Assembly: GCA_964658305.1 (NCBI GenBank) | Contig: OZ210885.1 | Span: 2,356,001 to 2,420,000 of the forward strand | DNA length: 64,000 nt | Source of the DNA: Leptogorgia sarmentosa | Taxonomy: Eukaryota | Direction: 5' to 3' | Shown: piece by piece, positions 49,313 through 61,957 of the stretch | How the letters are laid out: each line of letters begins with the position of its first letter | Position numbering within the stretch: the first letter of the stretch is position 1 | The notes under the pieces: generated by a model | The model's database searches: none | Seen by the model: only the letters and a program-made list of their open reading frames with translations | Told to the model about the DNA's origin: nothing | Made by a program: the position numbers and the translations under genes

Positions 49313-52300
49313 TCAACAAAAGGCCAAAAGCAATCCTAAGGCGCCAAACAACAGCACCTCGGAACTTACAATTTTACTTGTTCTGTCATGACATGCAGGA
49401 AACATTGTTATCGCTTCTTGAGCATCAATAACACTTATGCTTCTGCCTTCTCCAATAGGATAACCATTTTTTGCCGTTATCGTTTTGTTTCCGTTTTTAG
49501 AGAAATCAGTGGAATGATAGTGCATTATACTATCGTAATCATAGCCATGTGATTTGCTGTCCGTTTGGTTTACTTTGTGGAATTGAGGTTCTTGGCCTAA
49601 AATAACACGTGTGTGCGTCAGTATCGATAAATTATTACTGTCAGTAAATTATCATTTATAAAGAAAAAAATCATGACCGAGCTCGAGATTTTATGTGAAA
49701 TAATAATCATTTATATACCCTCCGCTCGGGTGATTCGACGAAATATTACCCGAAGATCATGGTATTTCCCGAGGACGAATATGCGGAAATAGAAATGACC
49801 GAACCAAGAATACATCAGTACGCGCTCATAATATCGATATCTACAGCTTCCGCCATGTTTGAATTGTCAACTTTTAAAGTGAGATACAGAAAATATTTCA
49901 TTTTGTAAGCGAAGTACCCGGAAAAAGCATCCCATCACGTGATAGAAATACGGTCTTTTGATTGGGCAAGTTGAATTTGAGGTACAATATTATCTGAAAT
50001 AAGCTCACCATGGTCATTCCCTATTAGACAATATTTTGAATCGACTGAATTAAGAAAAATTAATTACTATAGTTATTAGCATATGTTTATAAATTCCGGT
50101 GACTTGAAAACTCTGAAATTAGCGCTTTAGTTTCCTGGGAAGGTATTGTAAACTTCTAGGTACATATGAGGCTGGGAACTACCTTGAGAGCTTTGTGCGT
50201 ATTTGAGAATGAAAGCACAAAGCTGTACGAAATGTTGTTACATATAAAATAAAAACTTGCCAGATTCGATATTTTCCCAATGTATTGTTACATAATCATC
50301 ACGATCTGTACGAGATTGTTCGTGTTCGAATCCCAAAGCGTGGCCTAAAATAAATGTGAAATAAAAAACTGAGATGAAAAAAACAGTAATTTTGGGGAGC
50401 AATCACGTTTGCTTTTGTAGTATATTTAATAGACAATCCAATTAAGGGGTGTAAGACCACAGTGTAAGATCCAGCCGGGAGAAGGGTTTGGGGCGGGGAG
50501 GGATGGCGAGCTGCTCGTTTGTATCGAGGAGGCAAATATGCTAGCAGGCAGCCGAGTTTCTTTTTGACTTAGTTGATTTTGGGTACAAACCGAGTTCGTG
50601 GGCAATGACACCATGGTCGATGCATCCAGGTACACCAAGTGAAAGATTCTGATTTTTTCCTTGGTAACCAACATATGAGTAGCAACTGAAGTAATACAAA
50701 ACAATCGCCGATAAGAACTTTTTCCCGGCCATAAACATTCAGAGATTTGGTAGTAAGCAATTAACCTGGGTTACTTGAAACTCATAAACTAGTAAAAAGG
50801 GGTCGTGCATATTTTGCTTACGTCGCAAAAGATGCTAACGGCAATTTGAATATTATAATATTTTATATAAAGAAGGTACTGTTTTGTTTATAAAGTAAAG
50901 TAGTATATAATAAGCAATAGTAAAACTCGTGTAAACATGACATGACATGTTTGCTCATGTTGGCGTACTGTTATCACGAGATTTTCAATTGTTGTATTTT
51001 CTGATAACATACAAATACAATATACATATTTTCTAGTTGTTAGACAATAGTTTGCACTTTTTAGATAATGAAACTATGGTCTCCAGATATTTTTAGTGGA
51101 ATCAGTGAAAAATAAATTTTGACTTTTGAGATCGTCTACAAGATATATCCCTGAAAAACCCAAAAGCATTGAAATAACGCATAGTTTAAATTTGAATGCG
51201 CTAGCTCTATGCTCTCTATGATCGAATAATCAACGAAATACGACGCGAGAAGAAGAAACAACGAAAACACATACGAAAAAAAACCACGAGAAAAAGACAA
51301 ACGAAAAGAATCAAAACAATACAATAATCCGTCATCGACACTAAGTATCTTTCGAAGTTCAACAATAATTTCTTGTTATCCATTTCTTGTTGCTATGGTG
51401 GAACTTACCCCCCATCGTCAACAAAGCGCAAAAATCCTGTTTGGTTTGTTCTACGTACGAAACGTAAACAAGGAACTTTTTCCATCCACGCTCTCATTCC
51501 TTCAAAGATCATATCGGCGTAAGGGGATAAATCTGCAAGTGAAAAAAGTAAAAAATTAGTATAGGAAATTACACGGTTCGAGAAGTATTAATGAAAAATT
51601 GCACGCGTGTTTGGCGAAATACCGCGAGTGCTTCGCACTCGCGGTATTTCGCCAAACACAAGTGCAATTTCTCATTAATACTTCGAGAACAAGTGTAATT
51701 TCGTATTAATATCATTGTAGTACACGTTCAAAGTTGACAATAAATGACAAAAAAAACAAGAATTTTGGCGTTGATTTAAGCGTTTATTTATTTGTTTTTA
51801 TAATGTATCGCGGGCTCGAAACCGTGCAATTAAAGATTAATTTGCACAGTTGTTGAAGCTTTTTAGCCAATCAGCGTCCAGGAAATTGACAACAATGATA
51901 TTAAAGTAAAAAACGCAAACTGGAATTGCAGAACCTATAAATTTTACAAGAATGACAACCAAAAACGAGTAATTATCATTTATTGGACGAGGTCGAGCAA
52001 AATATCGTGATTTGAAGCGCGCAAGCATGCAGATCAATTATTTTACGATGCCGAAGGCAGAGCCAAATAACAGTTCTGCGAGCCACCGACAAATCACAAT
52101 ATTCTGCGAGATACCAGTTATGAATAATTGTTTTGTTATTCACTCGATACTATATTCTCAATTAGTTCATTTACCTGCACTTTCTCTTTAAAAAGAGACG
52201 ACAAAAGCCTTCTGAAAGTTCAGGAAAGTGAGCCTCCATTGTTTTGATGACAATGCGCATGCTCAGGGTGTTGTTTGTAACAGCAATGTTTTTAGCAAAT

Positions 52301-54302
52301 GCTGTATATGAATAATAGTTATTCCACATTTTACAGCGATAAAGGTTTCAAAAATTCACCCAAGCGGGGTAACTTTAGTTGGTCTTGTTTGAGATGAAGT
52401 TTTTTCAATTATAAGAAAAATATAAAAGGCATATTTTTGACCCGAATACAATTTTTACCTTGTTTAGCACGGGCGCCATGTTTTTTTTAAGCAATCTGTA
52501 GCTCGAGGCTTCGAGCTCTAATTTGATTGGTTCAAAGTGATAACACAAAATTGCACTGGGATTTGTGCACTGGGATTAACTGCACTGAAATGAACCAATC
52601 ATAGTCGAGTAAAACATTATGTATAATAATAGCTATTACATTGTCTCAGCTACTTAAAGGTAATGTTTGTTTTTGTATAGTATATAACTACTGTTTTAGG
52701 CATCTGCAGTAAATTATTCATTTAGATTTGAATATTAGCTTACCTTCACTAATCACATAAGGTATTTCGTGCTTGCCATTATTGACTGGCCAAATAAGGT
52801 TTTCATTAGTGGTGGCTGCGCCACGTTTTTGGCGATTTCTCATCATGTTTTTTATCGATTTCGTTATCACGATGTCTCCCTCAAAGAACTTTTGTTTACG
52901 TCCTGAAATTTGTTTGTAGATTGTTCAACGCGAGAGTTGTATAGGAGTCAACTCTTTTTCAATCTTGTGGCATTTGAAATGCCAGGTGGAAACCGTAATG
53001 TGAATATAGATAACAGTGCCCAGCAAGCTATTTCAAAAGTATACATACTGATAAACAATTCAAGTTCCGATCAAAGGCTAGCTATATTATGAAGTGTTGA
53101 TTTAATGATTATATACATAATTATCGAAGTTTTATATTAGAAACGGTAAAACGAATAAAACAATATTATTTCAAGTTTGCAGTTTACACCACTGTTAAAC
53201 TCTGAGTTGTCTTTAAATACTTCATCAACATTTTCTATAATAACAAAAGTTGGGACCATGTACCAAAAGTAATCAAATCAAGAACATGCAACAACGTACT
53301 TAACACGACAATTATTATGGTACAGATGAGTCAAGTTTAAATTACATTTATAATGGCATAGAAAGCTTGATATGATAAACTAGGCACATCTGAAGATCCT
53401 ATAAAAGCATATAGCAGGTTTTTACATGACTGCAATGCTGCTACAATTCTTTGTTGGGAGTTTAAAATCCCAGGTCCTCTGAGAATTCAGGACATGTTCT
53501 TGTTTCGTTTATACTACACTATTTCTAGCCTTCGATTGAAAAAATCTCGAAATTTCTATGCCCTGATGAACAAAGGGAATCGCTTGATTCCACTTACCAA
53601 TTTCACGAATTTCTAACTTGGTGGGAAAGCCTGTAATGGAAAACACTAGTTCATGTCTTGTATTCTCAATTATTCAAACGATATTCATAATAATTATATT
53701 CAAATTCAAAGACGCATCATCGAGCCCATTAATTAACGTGGTTCTGAATGAAGTAGGGTGTCCGGTTATCACTTCCCAACCCAAATTTTAAATCTCATTT
53801 GTCTTGATGCAAAAATCTTATCTTCCCAGTGCCTGGTTTGCTCAAAATTTAATCCAATTCCCATGTTCTATTGTTATGAATAAAATATAATATCATGAAA
53901 TCATGAAAGATCGTGAAGCTGGCCAGTTTCTGGTATCATTAGCTATAGTGTGTATGTGTTCGTATAGGATTGCAAATATAGTAACAACAGAAGGATGAAT
54001 TAATTTTGGTTGGCATAGAAGAAAATCTCACTCATTTGAAAATCACACTAGTTTATATGGCCTGCCCAAAATGAAAATTGGTCCACAACTATCAATAACT
54101 TGGTTTATACTAAAGCCCATTTTAATGCCAAGAAAGCCTGTCTTCATTTTCGCGTCAGAATTATTCTTGGAATCAATTTTGGAGAGGAAAAACGATTTAT
54201 TAAACTGCCTAAAATTAATAAAAAATATGTAAGCATACCTTTACTGTTGGGAACAAGCCCAAGATAGACCAGCAGATGAAATAAAAGTGATGCAAATTTC
54301 AT
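49313..54302 (-). CDS. Astacin-family (M12A) secreted zinc metalloprotease; C-terminal exon ambiguous
   Basis: Exons 54302-54239 (signal peptide [17 protein letters not shown]), 53630-53598, 53234-53190 (tentative), 52902-52744 (FEGDI, RQKR, WP..IPYVI), 51532-51409 (CLRFV), 50685-50591 (GCYSYVG..HEL), 50344-50261 ([16 protein letters not shown]), 49596 onward (YDYDSIMHY Met-turn). The zinc motif is [11 protein letters not shown] and all phases agree. Confidence 0.9.
51556..51710. repeat. Long palindromic element in astacin intron
   Basis: TGTTTGGCGAAATACCGCGAGTGC-TTC-GCACTCGCGGTATTTCGCCAAACA with extended imperfect arms. Confidence 0.85.
51970..52140. repeat. Degenerate palindromic element of the GAA-loop family
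   Basis: Centre GCCGAAGGC at 52050-52058; ends in AATAATTGTTTTGTTAT. Confidence 0.6.
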
Positions 54303-54352
54303 TGTCGCAATAATGAATGATCCTTCGCACTTTGCCTGATTTTGATTGCTCC

Positions 54353-54360
54353 CTTTTATA
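54353..54360 (-). promoter_or_regulatory. TATA box of astacin gene
   Basis: TATAAAAG on the minus strand ~50 nt upstream of the signal-peptide ATG (54302). Confidence 0.5.
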
Positions 54361-55229
54361 TTCTTTCTTGGTTTTCTTCCGAATCAAGTTGACACAAAAG
54401 ATGAGCTGTTTTTTCTCCACGTTTCTGACAGTTGAAGTGTAAGGGACCAGTCATAAGGGATGGGGCATGGAAAATATTGAAGCTGTTTGGATGGGCTGCT
54501 AATCTTTTTTGAAATATCTAGTTGGGCTACCAAACAAAATCCAAAGTTTGTCTATTATAATAGAAAAAAATGATTATCAATGCATGCATGCAGCAACCCC
54601 TTACCTTACTACCCTAACTAGGTACAATGCATCTATATTTTCGAAACATGAAGCACTTGTGGATTGTTTTCATTATATTTTTCAAACGAATTGTGGAAAT
54701 ATTATATAGTTTAAATAAGAATAATAATATTGTAATCAATAACTTGTTATTCCTATTACTTTTAAATCCATATAAGGAAGTTCTCAGTGAAAGTTATGAC
54801 GGAACGACTGTGAGCGGGAGTGTTGGGCTCTTTTGTCGCACGTACGTTTTGTGGGTGGAGAAATGCGGATGTTTTGCTTGAATCAGTATTGTAATGAGGC
54901 AGTGTCAGTATTCTAATATTCAGTCTACACATTAAAAATTAATATAAGCCGAGAAGCTGTTGCTGCAATATAATAGTAGTACATTCGAGTTTTTCGTGCA
55001 ATTAGAATGACTTGAAACTCCCACAGGGAATTGATATCGTTTGTTTATTTGACATGCTTCGTACCTATGGGAATTCAGGCAACGTCTGTGCGATTAAATG
55101 ATGAAATGCAGCTAATTTGAATTTCAAAGATATCAGTTTTTTCCTGAATCACCCTGCATTTGTTTAAATGTTTGTTCTCCACAGTGGAATAAACATTATT
55201 TTCACCATCACTGCAGTGGACCGATTGCA

Positions 55230-55977
55230 AAATGTAGACAAAATTTTTAAAAATCTCTGTAAAATTAGGCAATCGGTCCGTTAATACACAATTGCATTTG
55301 TGTGCAACATCCGTATCAAATAATTAACAATTATTCGATGAGGTTTTTGTGATATGCGGAATTATCAAGGTCGAGGTAAGCGTTATCAGCCGAGCCGAAG
55401 GCGAGGCTGATAACGCTTGCCGAGACCTTGATAATTTTGCATATCACAAAAACCTATTTCAATAATTGTTTTATTATACATTTGAAGAATAATAAACCAA
55501 GTAGTAACTCATGAAAAACTTTATTTATGAAACCATACCGAAAACAGGCTCATTTTGTACCTAATTAGTTATCTGCTAGCATATAACTCAGTTATCTGCT
55601 AGCAAATGTAGACAAAATTTTTAAAAATCTCTGTAAAATTAGGCAATCGGTCCGTTAATACACAATTGCATTTGTGTGCAACATCCGTATCAAATAATTA
55701 ACAATTATTCGATGAGGTTTTTGTGATATGCGGAATTATCAAGGTCGAGGTAAGCGTTATCAGCCGAGCCGAAGGCGAGGCTGATAACGCTTGCCGAGAC
55801 CTTGATAATTTTGCATATCACAAAAACCTATTTCAATAATTGTTTTATTATACATTTGAAGAATAATAAACCAAGTAGTAACTCATGAAAAACTTTATTT
55901 ATGAAACCATACCGAAAACAGGCTCATTTTGTACCTAATTAGTTATCTGCTAGCATATAACTCAGTTATCTGCTAGC
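55230..55977 (+). repeat. Apparently exact 374-bp tandem duplication including a palindromic element
   Basis: Unit AAATGTAGACAAAATTTTT..GTTATCTGCTAGC at 55230-55603 and 55604-55977; each unit contains a GCCGAAGGC-centred hairpin. Confidence 0.92.
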
Positions 55978-56405
55978 AGATAACTGGATTTCCTGTGGGT
56001 TGCGTGATTGCGCGATTTTAACTGTATGCTCTTAGCCAATGAGATTGCTTTTACCATCTACAATGTATAATAAAAGAATTTATTCAACTAAAACGGTAAA
56101 TATATAAATTTCAATATTCAAGTGTCGAATGCAATTCTCATTATCCATTGTTTGAATTGCATTCGATGCGACCAAAATTCCACGTTTGAAACGGGCCTAA
56201 GAAGACATTAAAATCATATTTTGAAAATAATCACTATTTTATTTAATTGTCAGAAAGCAACTGGCAGTCGCAGCAGCGCGCGTGTTAAAAGCAAATCAGA
56301 TAAATCTCTGACTCTGACCTTTTTAAAATACATACACATTACACATCGTACAGATTTATTCACAGTATCAGGCCAACGTTAAATTTTCTTTTGTATGCCT
56401 GTATA

Positions 56406-56574
56406 CAGTGGCGTAGCCAGAACGATAATTGGGGGGGGAGGGGGGGGGGGCATATTCATATATTCATATTCATGTTATGCGTTTTAACTTCTTTTCAAAT
56501 CCATTGTTTTTATGGTATGTGAACACGAATATATGAATATGGGCCCCCCAATTATCGTTCTGGCTACGCCACTG
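56406..56574. mobile_element. hAT-type MITE with 8-bp TSD
   Basis: 30-bp TIR CAGTGGCGTAGCCAGAACGATAATTGGGGG / CCCCCAATTATCGTTCTGGCTACGCCACTG; flanked by CCTGTATA at 56398-56405 and 56575-56582. Confidence 0.88.
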
Positions 56575-56588
56575 CCTGTATATGGTTT

Positions 56589-56791
56589 AAGACGCTGTTA
56601 CACGATGCAATTTTTCTTGCAACTTGCAACGCAATTCTGCTTTTAAGACATGTAAATTAGTGAAGACTGTTTGATTTGTAAAGAATTCATTAGGAAAATC
56701 GATAAAGACTCGTGCTTGCCAATTTCACATCCTTTAACAGTGGAATTGCGATGCAAGTTGCAAGAAAAATTGCATCGTGTAACAGCGCCTT
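56589..56791. mobile_element. PIF/Harbinger-like MITE
   Basis: CGCTGTTACACGATGCAATTTTTCTTGCAACTTGCA / TGCAAGTTGCAAGAAAAATTGCATCGTGTAACAGCG. Confidence 0.8.
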
Positions 56792-58415
56792 TAGTTCTTT
56801 TAGTATTGAAAATTCTGTAAATCCCCGGTATGTCTGGTAAACAAACAACCGGGAAGAGTCGAAGACGGCGAAAACAAACACGAAAGCTATAAATGCGAAA
56901 GCTCGCAAATATGTTGGCTATCATCAACCATATTAACTAAATACGATTTAAAATTATGGCTATCTTGTTGTGACGAGTTCTACTTTGTTACACAACTGAG
57001 TTTGCCCGCTATTTGCGAATTGCGATGGCAATGTCGGCCAACTAAATGTTCTAATATAATACGCACGGCGGCAGTTAACAGTAGCTATTTTAAATTGTGC
57101 CTGACGAGCCAAATACAAGTTTTCTACTAATAATGATAACTAGAAATAGTTATCACTACAAGTGCCCCCACTGATTGATGCTGTTAATTCCGGTTTGGAG
57201 TATCAAAGTTTGACAGCCAAAACATTTCACTGTACCACAACGTTGCAAGTCTGATAAGGTGACATAGTTTACTGATACGTAACGTAGCTATCGACGGCAA
57301 GAAGTTGGTTGTAACGTGCGCAATTAGTTTCAAAGTTGTACTGTTATACAAATATTTCTGAAAACTGCGCATTACTAGCCATTGCTTGAAATGAAGAATT
57401 GCCGTAAATAGGTCCATACTGCCTCTCGAATATCACGGAGTAACGAGTGATTTCCATCTTCAATCGACTGATACTGAATACAAGCATTATAAAGTATCTC
57501 TAAAAATTCCGATCTACTGTACATATTTGCAAGTATGATACGAGTCTCTCTGCACTAAGCTCTATAAAACAGTCTACAGCACATGAAAACATCCCTGGGT
57601 CATTATAAACAATACAACAATACAATACAAATACATTCCTGGCCAAACCGCTGTTGAAACGTGATACCGACATTGACATGTTTACAAATTTAGAAATGAA
57701 CAATTTGTATCAAATTTGCTACATGTGGGACAGGTGCAGTACAACAGCTGTTCAATACTGTAAAGTGTTAATATTGCCGTGTATAACCCAATTGAAATTC
57801 TGTTATTTTCTTTCAATTTTCTGATACAAGTTAGCGATGCTCTTGGTTACTGTACGAAGGTTTTGGTTGAGTGAGTCTGTCAATCTCAATCCCGTTGTAA
57901 ATGAATTATGTATGAGTATGTAAACACTTGAACAATGCTTGAAGTCTTGAAACAACTGTTATAACCTTGAAAATCACCAATTAAAAAGTTTTCTATGCAC
58001 AAACTAATACAAAATTGAAAACTCACCGAGATTGATCTTCTGAAGAATAATGTTTTCGTGTGAACTCTGGAGAATGAACTTGTGAGAAGTGCGCATGCTG
58101 AAAAACTTTCATATTGGAAGAAGTGCGCATGCTCAAAAACTGCATGACCCAAATTTTTGATTTGATCGAACTTTTTTCACCCCGATGATACGAAAATTCT
58201 ACACGCGCCCACGGTCGACTATATCTGGGGCCAAAACCCTGCAGGGGCAATAAATTCAAATCTCTAGAGATTTGAATATATAAAGGACATTTTAACTGCT
58301 TTAACAACTTATTCAGACATGTTGGCCACATTATATTATCATCATAGTGAATTACTGATTCACGGTCCCACTCTTAGCGTCCACCATAAAAATAACAGCA
58401 TTACAAACAGAGTGA

Positions 58416-58560
58416 AGCCGATGTTACACGGTCTACACGGGGTTATTTTAAAGGACAATTCGCAACGCAACGGGTTGCTTTAACCACTCAAATCTCGGGA
58501 AATTCATTTGCATTGGGAATCGTAGTTGAAAATGAAAATCATCCCGTGTAACATCAGCTA
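58416..58560. mobile_element. MITE; related copy at ~25680-25799
   Basis: AGCCGATGTTACACGG / CCGTGTAACATCAGCT; internal GACAATTCGCA..AACCA.TCAAATCTCG shared with 25680-25799. Confidence 0.6.
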
Positions 58561-58996
58561 AATGGTAACATGATGCATGCAGATCCCTAGACGATTGTTA
58601 CTCAACCGATTTCTTTCTAAAATAAAATATATCCAATCGTCCACGAAACCAAAGGGAAAACATTTCTGTAACGAAATTATATAATCCTTAAAGCACGTTG
58701 AAGATCAGTATTGTTGATTGATAGAAATATTTGCATTTGCACCGACTATTCCTTTTCCTTCCTTCGCATTGGTCGAGATTTTTCAACCCAAATGTGATAA
58801 CTTCTCTATGCAGACCTATATCACTATATATTCTTGCTTGAAGATGCCTATACATATTGCCAAACCTCAATTATGTAAGTGCCGTAGCAATGCACCTCTA
58901 TAATTTAAGGTGGGGGATATATTCATACATTTATGTTCACAGGCCGAAAAAGCGGTCGAAACTAATGCAGAACACGGGTAAAACTTTTTCACGATA

Positions 58997-61957
58997 TCAT
59001 CCTCTTTCAATCTTCTTTAACAAACACTCGATATGATTTGCCATTACTGGCTGTCCACGTTTTGTCCTTTCATTCAACTTTCTATTTGTTTCCCGCCTCC
59101 TTTCTTCTTTTTCTTTTACTTCTTTGCGATGTTTCTGTCGCATTTCCTCTTTTTCCTAGAAAATGATTAAAGTTTTGAGTTTTGACCAAAAAGCGACGAA
59201 AAACAAACTTTCTTTCGCCACAGCGTTGATTACTAGAAATACTATTATTATTATTACTATACCGATAGTGCGCAAGGTTCCATACGAAGATGCTCACCGG
59301 CGCATAATACATGCATTCAACATGTCCCCTTACTAATCAACAATGGACATGAAAATTTTCTGGGCTGTTATTACAGCTACACGGCATTTTTGTTCAATCT
59401 GGCTCAAAAGCGTGAAAATTACAAAAAGTATGTCAGGTAAAGTGCGTCAAGCGTTTCTATTTTTAGTTCTCTATATTTTTAGTTCGACGAAGTCCCTTCG
59501 GTCGAAACGTCGAATCTGTTTTATCGTTTAGATAGTGAGATTATCCTTCCTGCTCTTGTTCGTTATTTATTAACATACCTTCCTTAACCGCTCTTTCTCA
59601 GCCTTATCATTCTCGTATGCTTTTCGGGCTTTCTGGTACTTATTTTTCGCTTTTAAACGTCCAACACTAGGAAGGCAGTAAAAACTAGTTTTAAGATATA
59701 GTTTCCACCGCAAGGCCTTCTCTTACGACACAAAAGTGTAAATAAAACTTTTATCACCAATTTACGTCTTCCAACAGAACATGTAATGTATTCACTAAGC
59801 TTTTATGCCAAAACCTTACAGTCCAGCACACCGACTGAATTATAAAATTACTTTTCGAGGCAGCGAATGCGCAATTCCAAATTTTTTAGTTTAAGTAGGG
59901 CATAATGAAATCATAATGTACCTTACTTCCCATCACCTCCTGCAAGCATACAACTTAAAACCTGGAATTGCCTAATATTCTAAACGTAAATAACCATAAC
60001 GAAATGACGTATATGTGGAGTTTAAAACAGGCAAACACATTACCTCTTTGCCTTTGGGCTACTTTCTACAATTTCATTAACCACCTATGGAAAAAGAATG
60101 TATAGTTTGAATAAGAAGAAACTATGTGTGTAAATATTATACAAATAATGAATGCTTATGAGTGCAATGGTAAGAATATTTCCATGAGGTAAGAGATGGA
60201 ATGTTCTATTCAACGAGGCGATAGCCGAGTTGAATGGTACATTCCATCTTGTACCAAAAATAGGCTATTGCTTTTCAAGTACAGTTTATTAAAAGGATAT
60301 AATAATAAACGGTGTGAATAAACTGCGATCACGCTAGCGATCGATGCAAGGATAATTCAAACATGCTTGTAAGTTTATTAGCAAATTTACCTTCTCCATG
60401 GTTTCTGACATCGCGAGTTGTTTCCGTTTGTGTTTTTTATATTCGTTCACCGCCTTTAACTTACGGAAGCCAGAGAATGCATGGCCTTATGAGAGAAAGT
60501 ATACCATCATAATAAGAATTAGGTTTATTTAAACACGATAAAATGACGACACGATAAAATGACATATAAAATGTTTTGAGTCAGAGATATGTGGACGATT
60601 TTGATGATCAATTACGCAGGGTGTATAAAAAAACCAGAAAAAATCTGACATCGCTCTCAACTAAACTTCGCGAAGAGACTCGGTGTACGGAGTTTTTGGT
60701 TTATATAATTATATTGTTCAGGTACTTATATTTATAATGTAGAAGAATCGAAAAATTTTGAAATTTCAATTTTCAAAATCCAGGGGGAAAGTAAAAGAAA
60801 TGGCTTGAGCACGCAATTTAAGCCCTTGAAAACGTCGCGCAAACTTACGTTTTTTAGATTAATTATTATTAATTAGATTAATAGTATAATTATTATTACA
60901 ATAATAGGGTCCTGAGCAGCTGACAACAAATTTGACTTGCATGAAAGCATACATGCATTGCCTCAACCCCCTATACAACAGCAAAAATTGTAAGTAACAA
61001 GAGTACAGTAAAGAATTACTGTAATTGCTACATCCCACACCCCCACCAATTATACCCTTACTAGCACCCATAGACCACCAATACCTGTTGCAGTTTATTG
61101 AAATGTTCCCATAAAGCACCTCAACTATGCAACAAATCTTGTGTTTTCCAATTTGTCAATGCAAATTGTACTAGTAATAATATACATAAACGTATTACTC
61201 GACTGTGATTTGCTTATTTCAATGCAGCTAATCCAAAATCACAGTGCATTTTTCTGTAATCACAGTGCATTTTTCTGTAATCATATTTCAGAAATGGCAC
61301 TTTCAAGATCTTACATATATTCGACATTGAAATATATAAATTATTATTGGAAGGAGGGGGGGGGGGGGGGGGGGTCAAGGTCTCCAGATACGTACCAAAA
61401 TGTCACAGAACTTCTATTATGCAATATAATTTTGAAAATCAGCCAATTTGGTGGCAGGGAGGGGGGTTGTGCCCCTTGGGCCCACCCCGTAATCTGGCCC
61501 TGCAAAAAGCTCATCTACATCCATTACTGTTATTTCAAAAGTCCTCTAAGAATCGCTTATTGTGTGCACTATCCAAAATGCAGTAAAAGTTCTACAGTTC
61601 TACTCAACAGTGATACATCGGATTTGATGTTTCGTGCAAAAGCTCTTCGTTGATAACTAGTATCTTTTGGCTGTTGTTGTTCAAATTTAATCATTTTGAT
61701 GCTTTTATCTACAACCTAATAACGTACACTGGTCACATTTCAAATAATGTTTATGATGACGCCAATATAAAATAAAGATATTTCCAAAAATATCAGGCCA
61801 ATAGGGTTTCGCAGGTTGAAGATATTTCATTGTAAACATGTAGCACTTATAAAAGAAATAGCTAACCTTTACTAGAGCTTCCAATTACAGCTTGATGCTT
61901 TCTATACCTGTTTATTTTCGACCGACTTGAGATTTTTTGTGTCTTTTCGGAAGCCAT
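58997..61957 (-). CDS. CCDC59: TAP26/Fyv7-family nucleolar protein (~157 aa); missed by the ORF track
   Basis: Exons 61957-61867 (MASEK..VIGSSSK), 60485-60391 (GHAFSGFRKLKAVNEYKK), 60084-60044, 59666-59579 (YQKARKAYE), 59155-58997 (..ERTKRGQPVMANHIECLLKKIERG*). Phases agree, and the T-K-x-GQP..LL-x-KI C-terminus is the family hallmark. Confidence 0.85.

Noticed and set aside
61141..61653. 170-aa ORF on the plus strand
   Set aside because: Antisense within CCDC59 intron 1; built from a 21-bp duplication and poly-G repeat fragments, with no recognisable domain.
61906..61908. Earlier donor (AG|GTATAG) for CCDC59 exon 1
   Set aside because: Phase 2 does not fit the next exon; the donor after 61867 restores the conserved GS...GxxF..RKLK motif.
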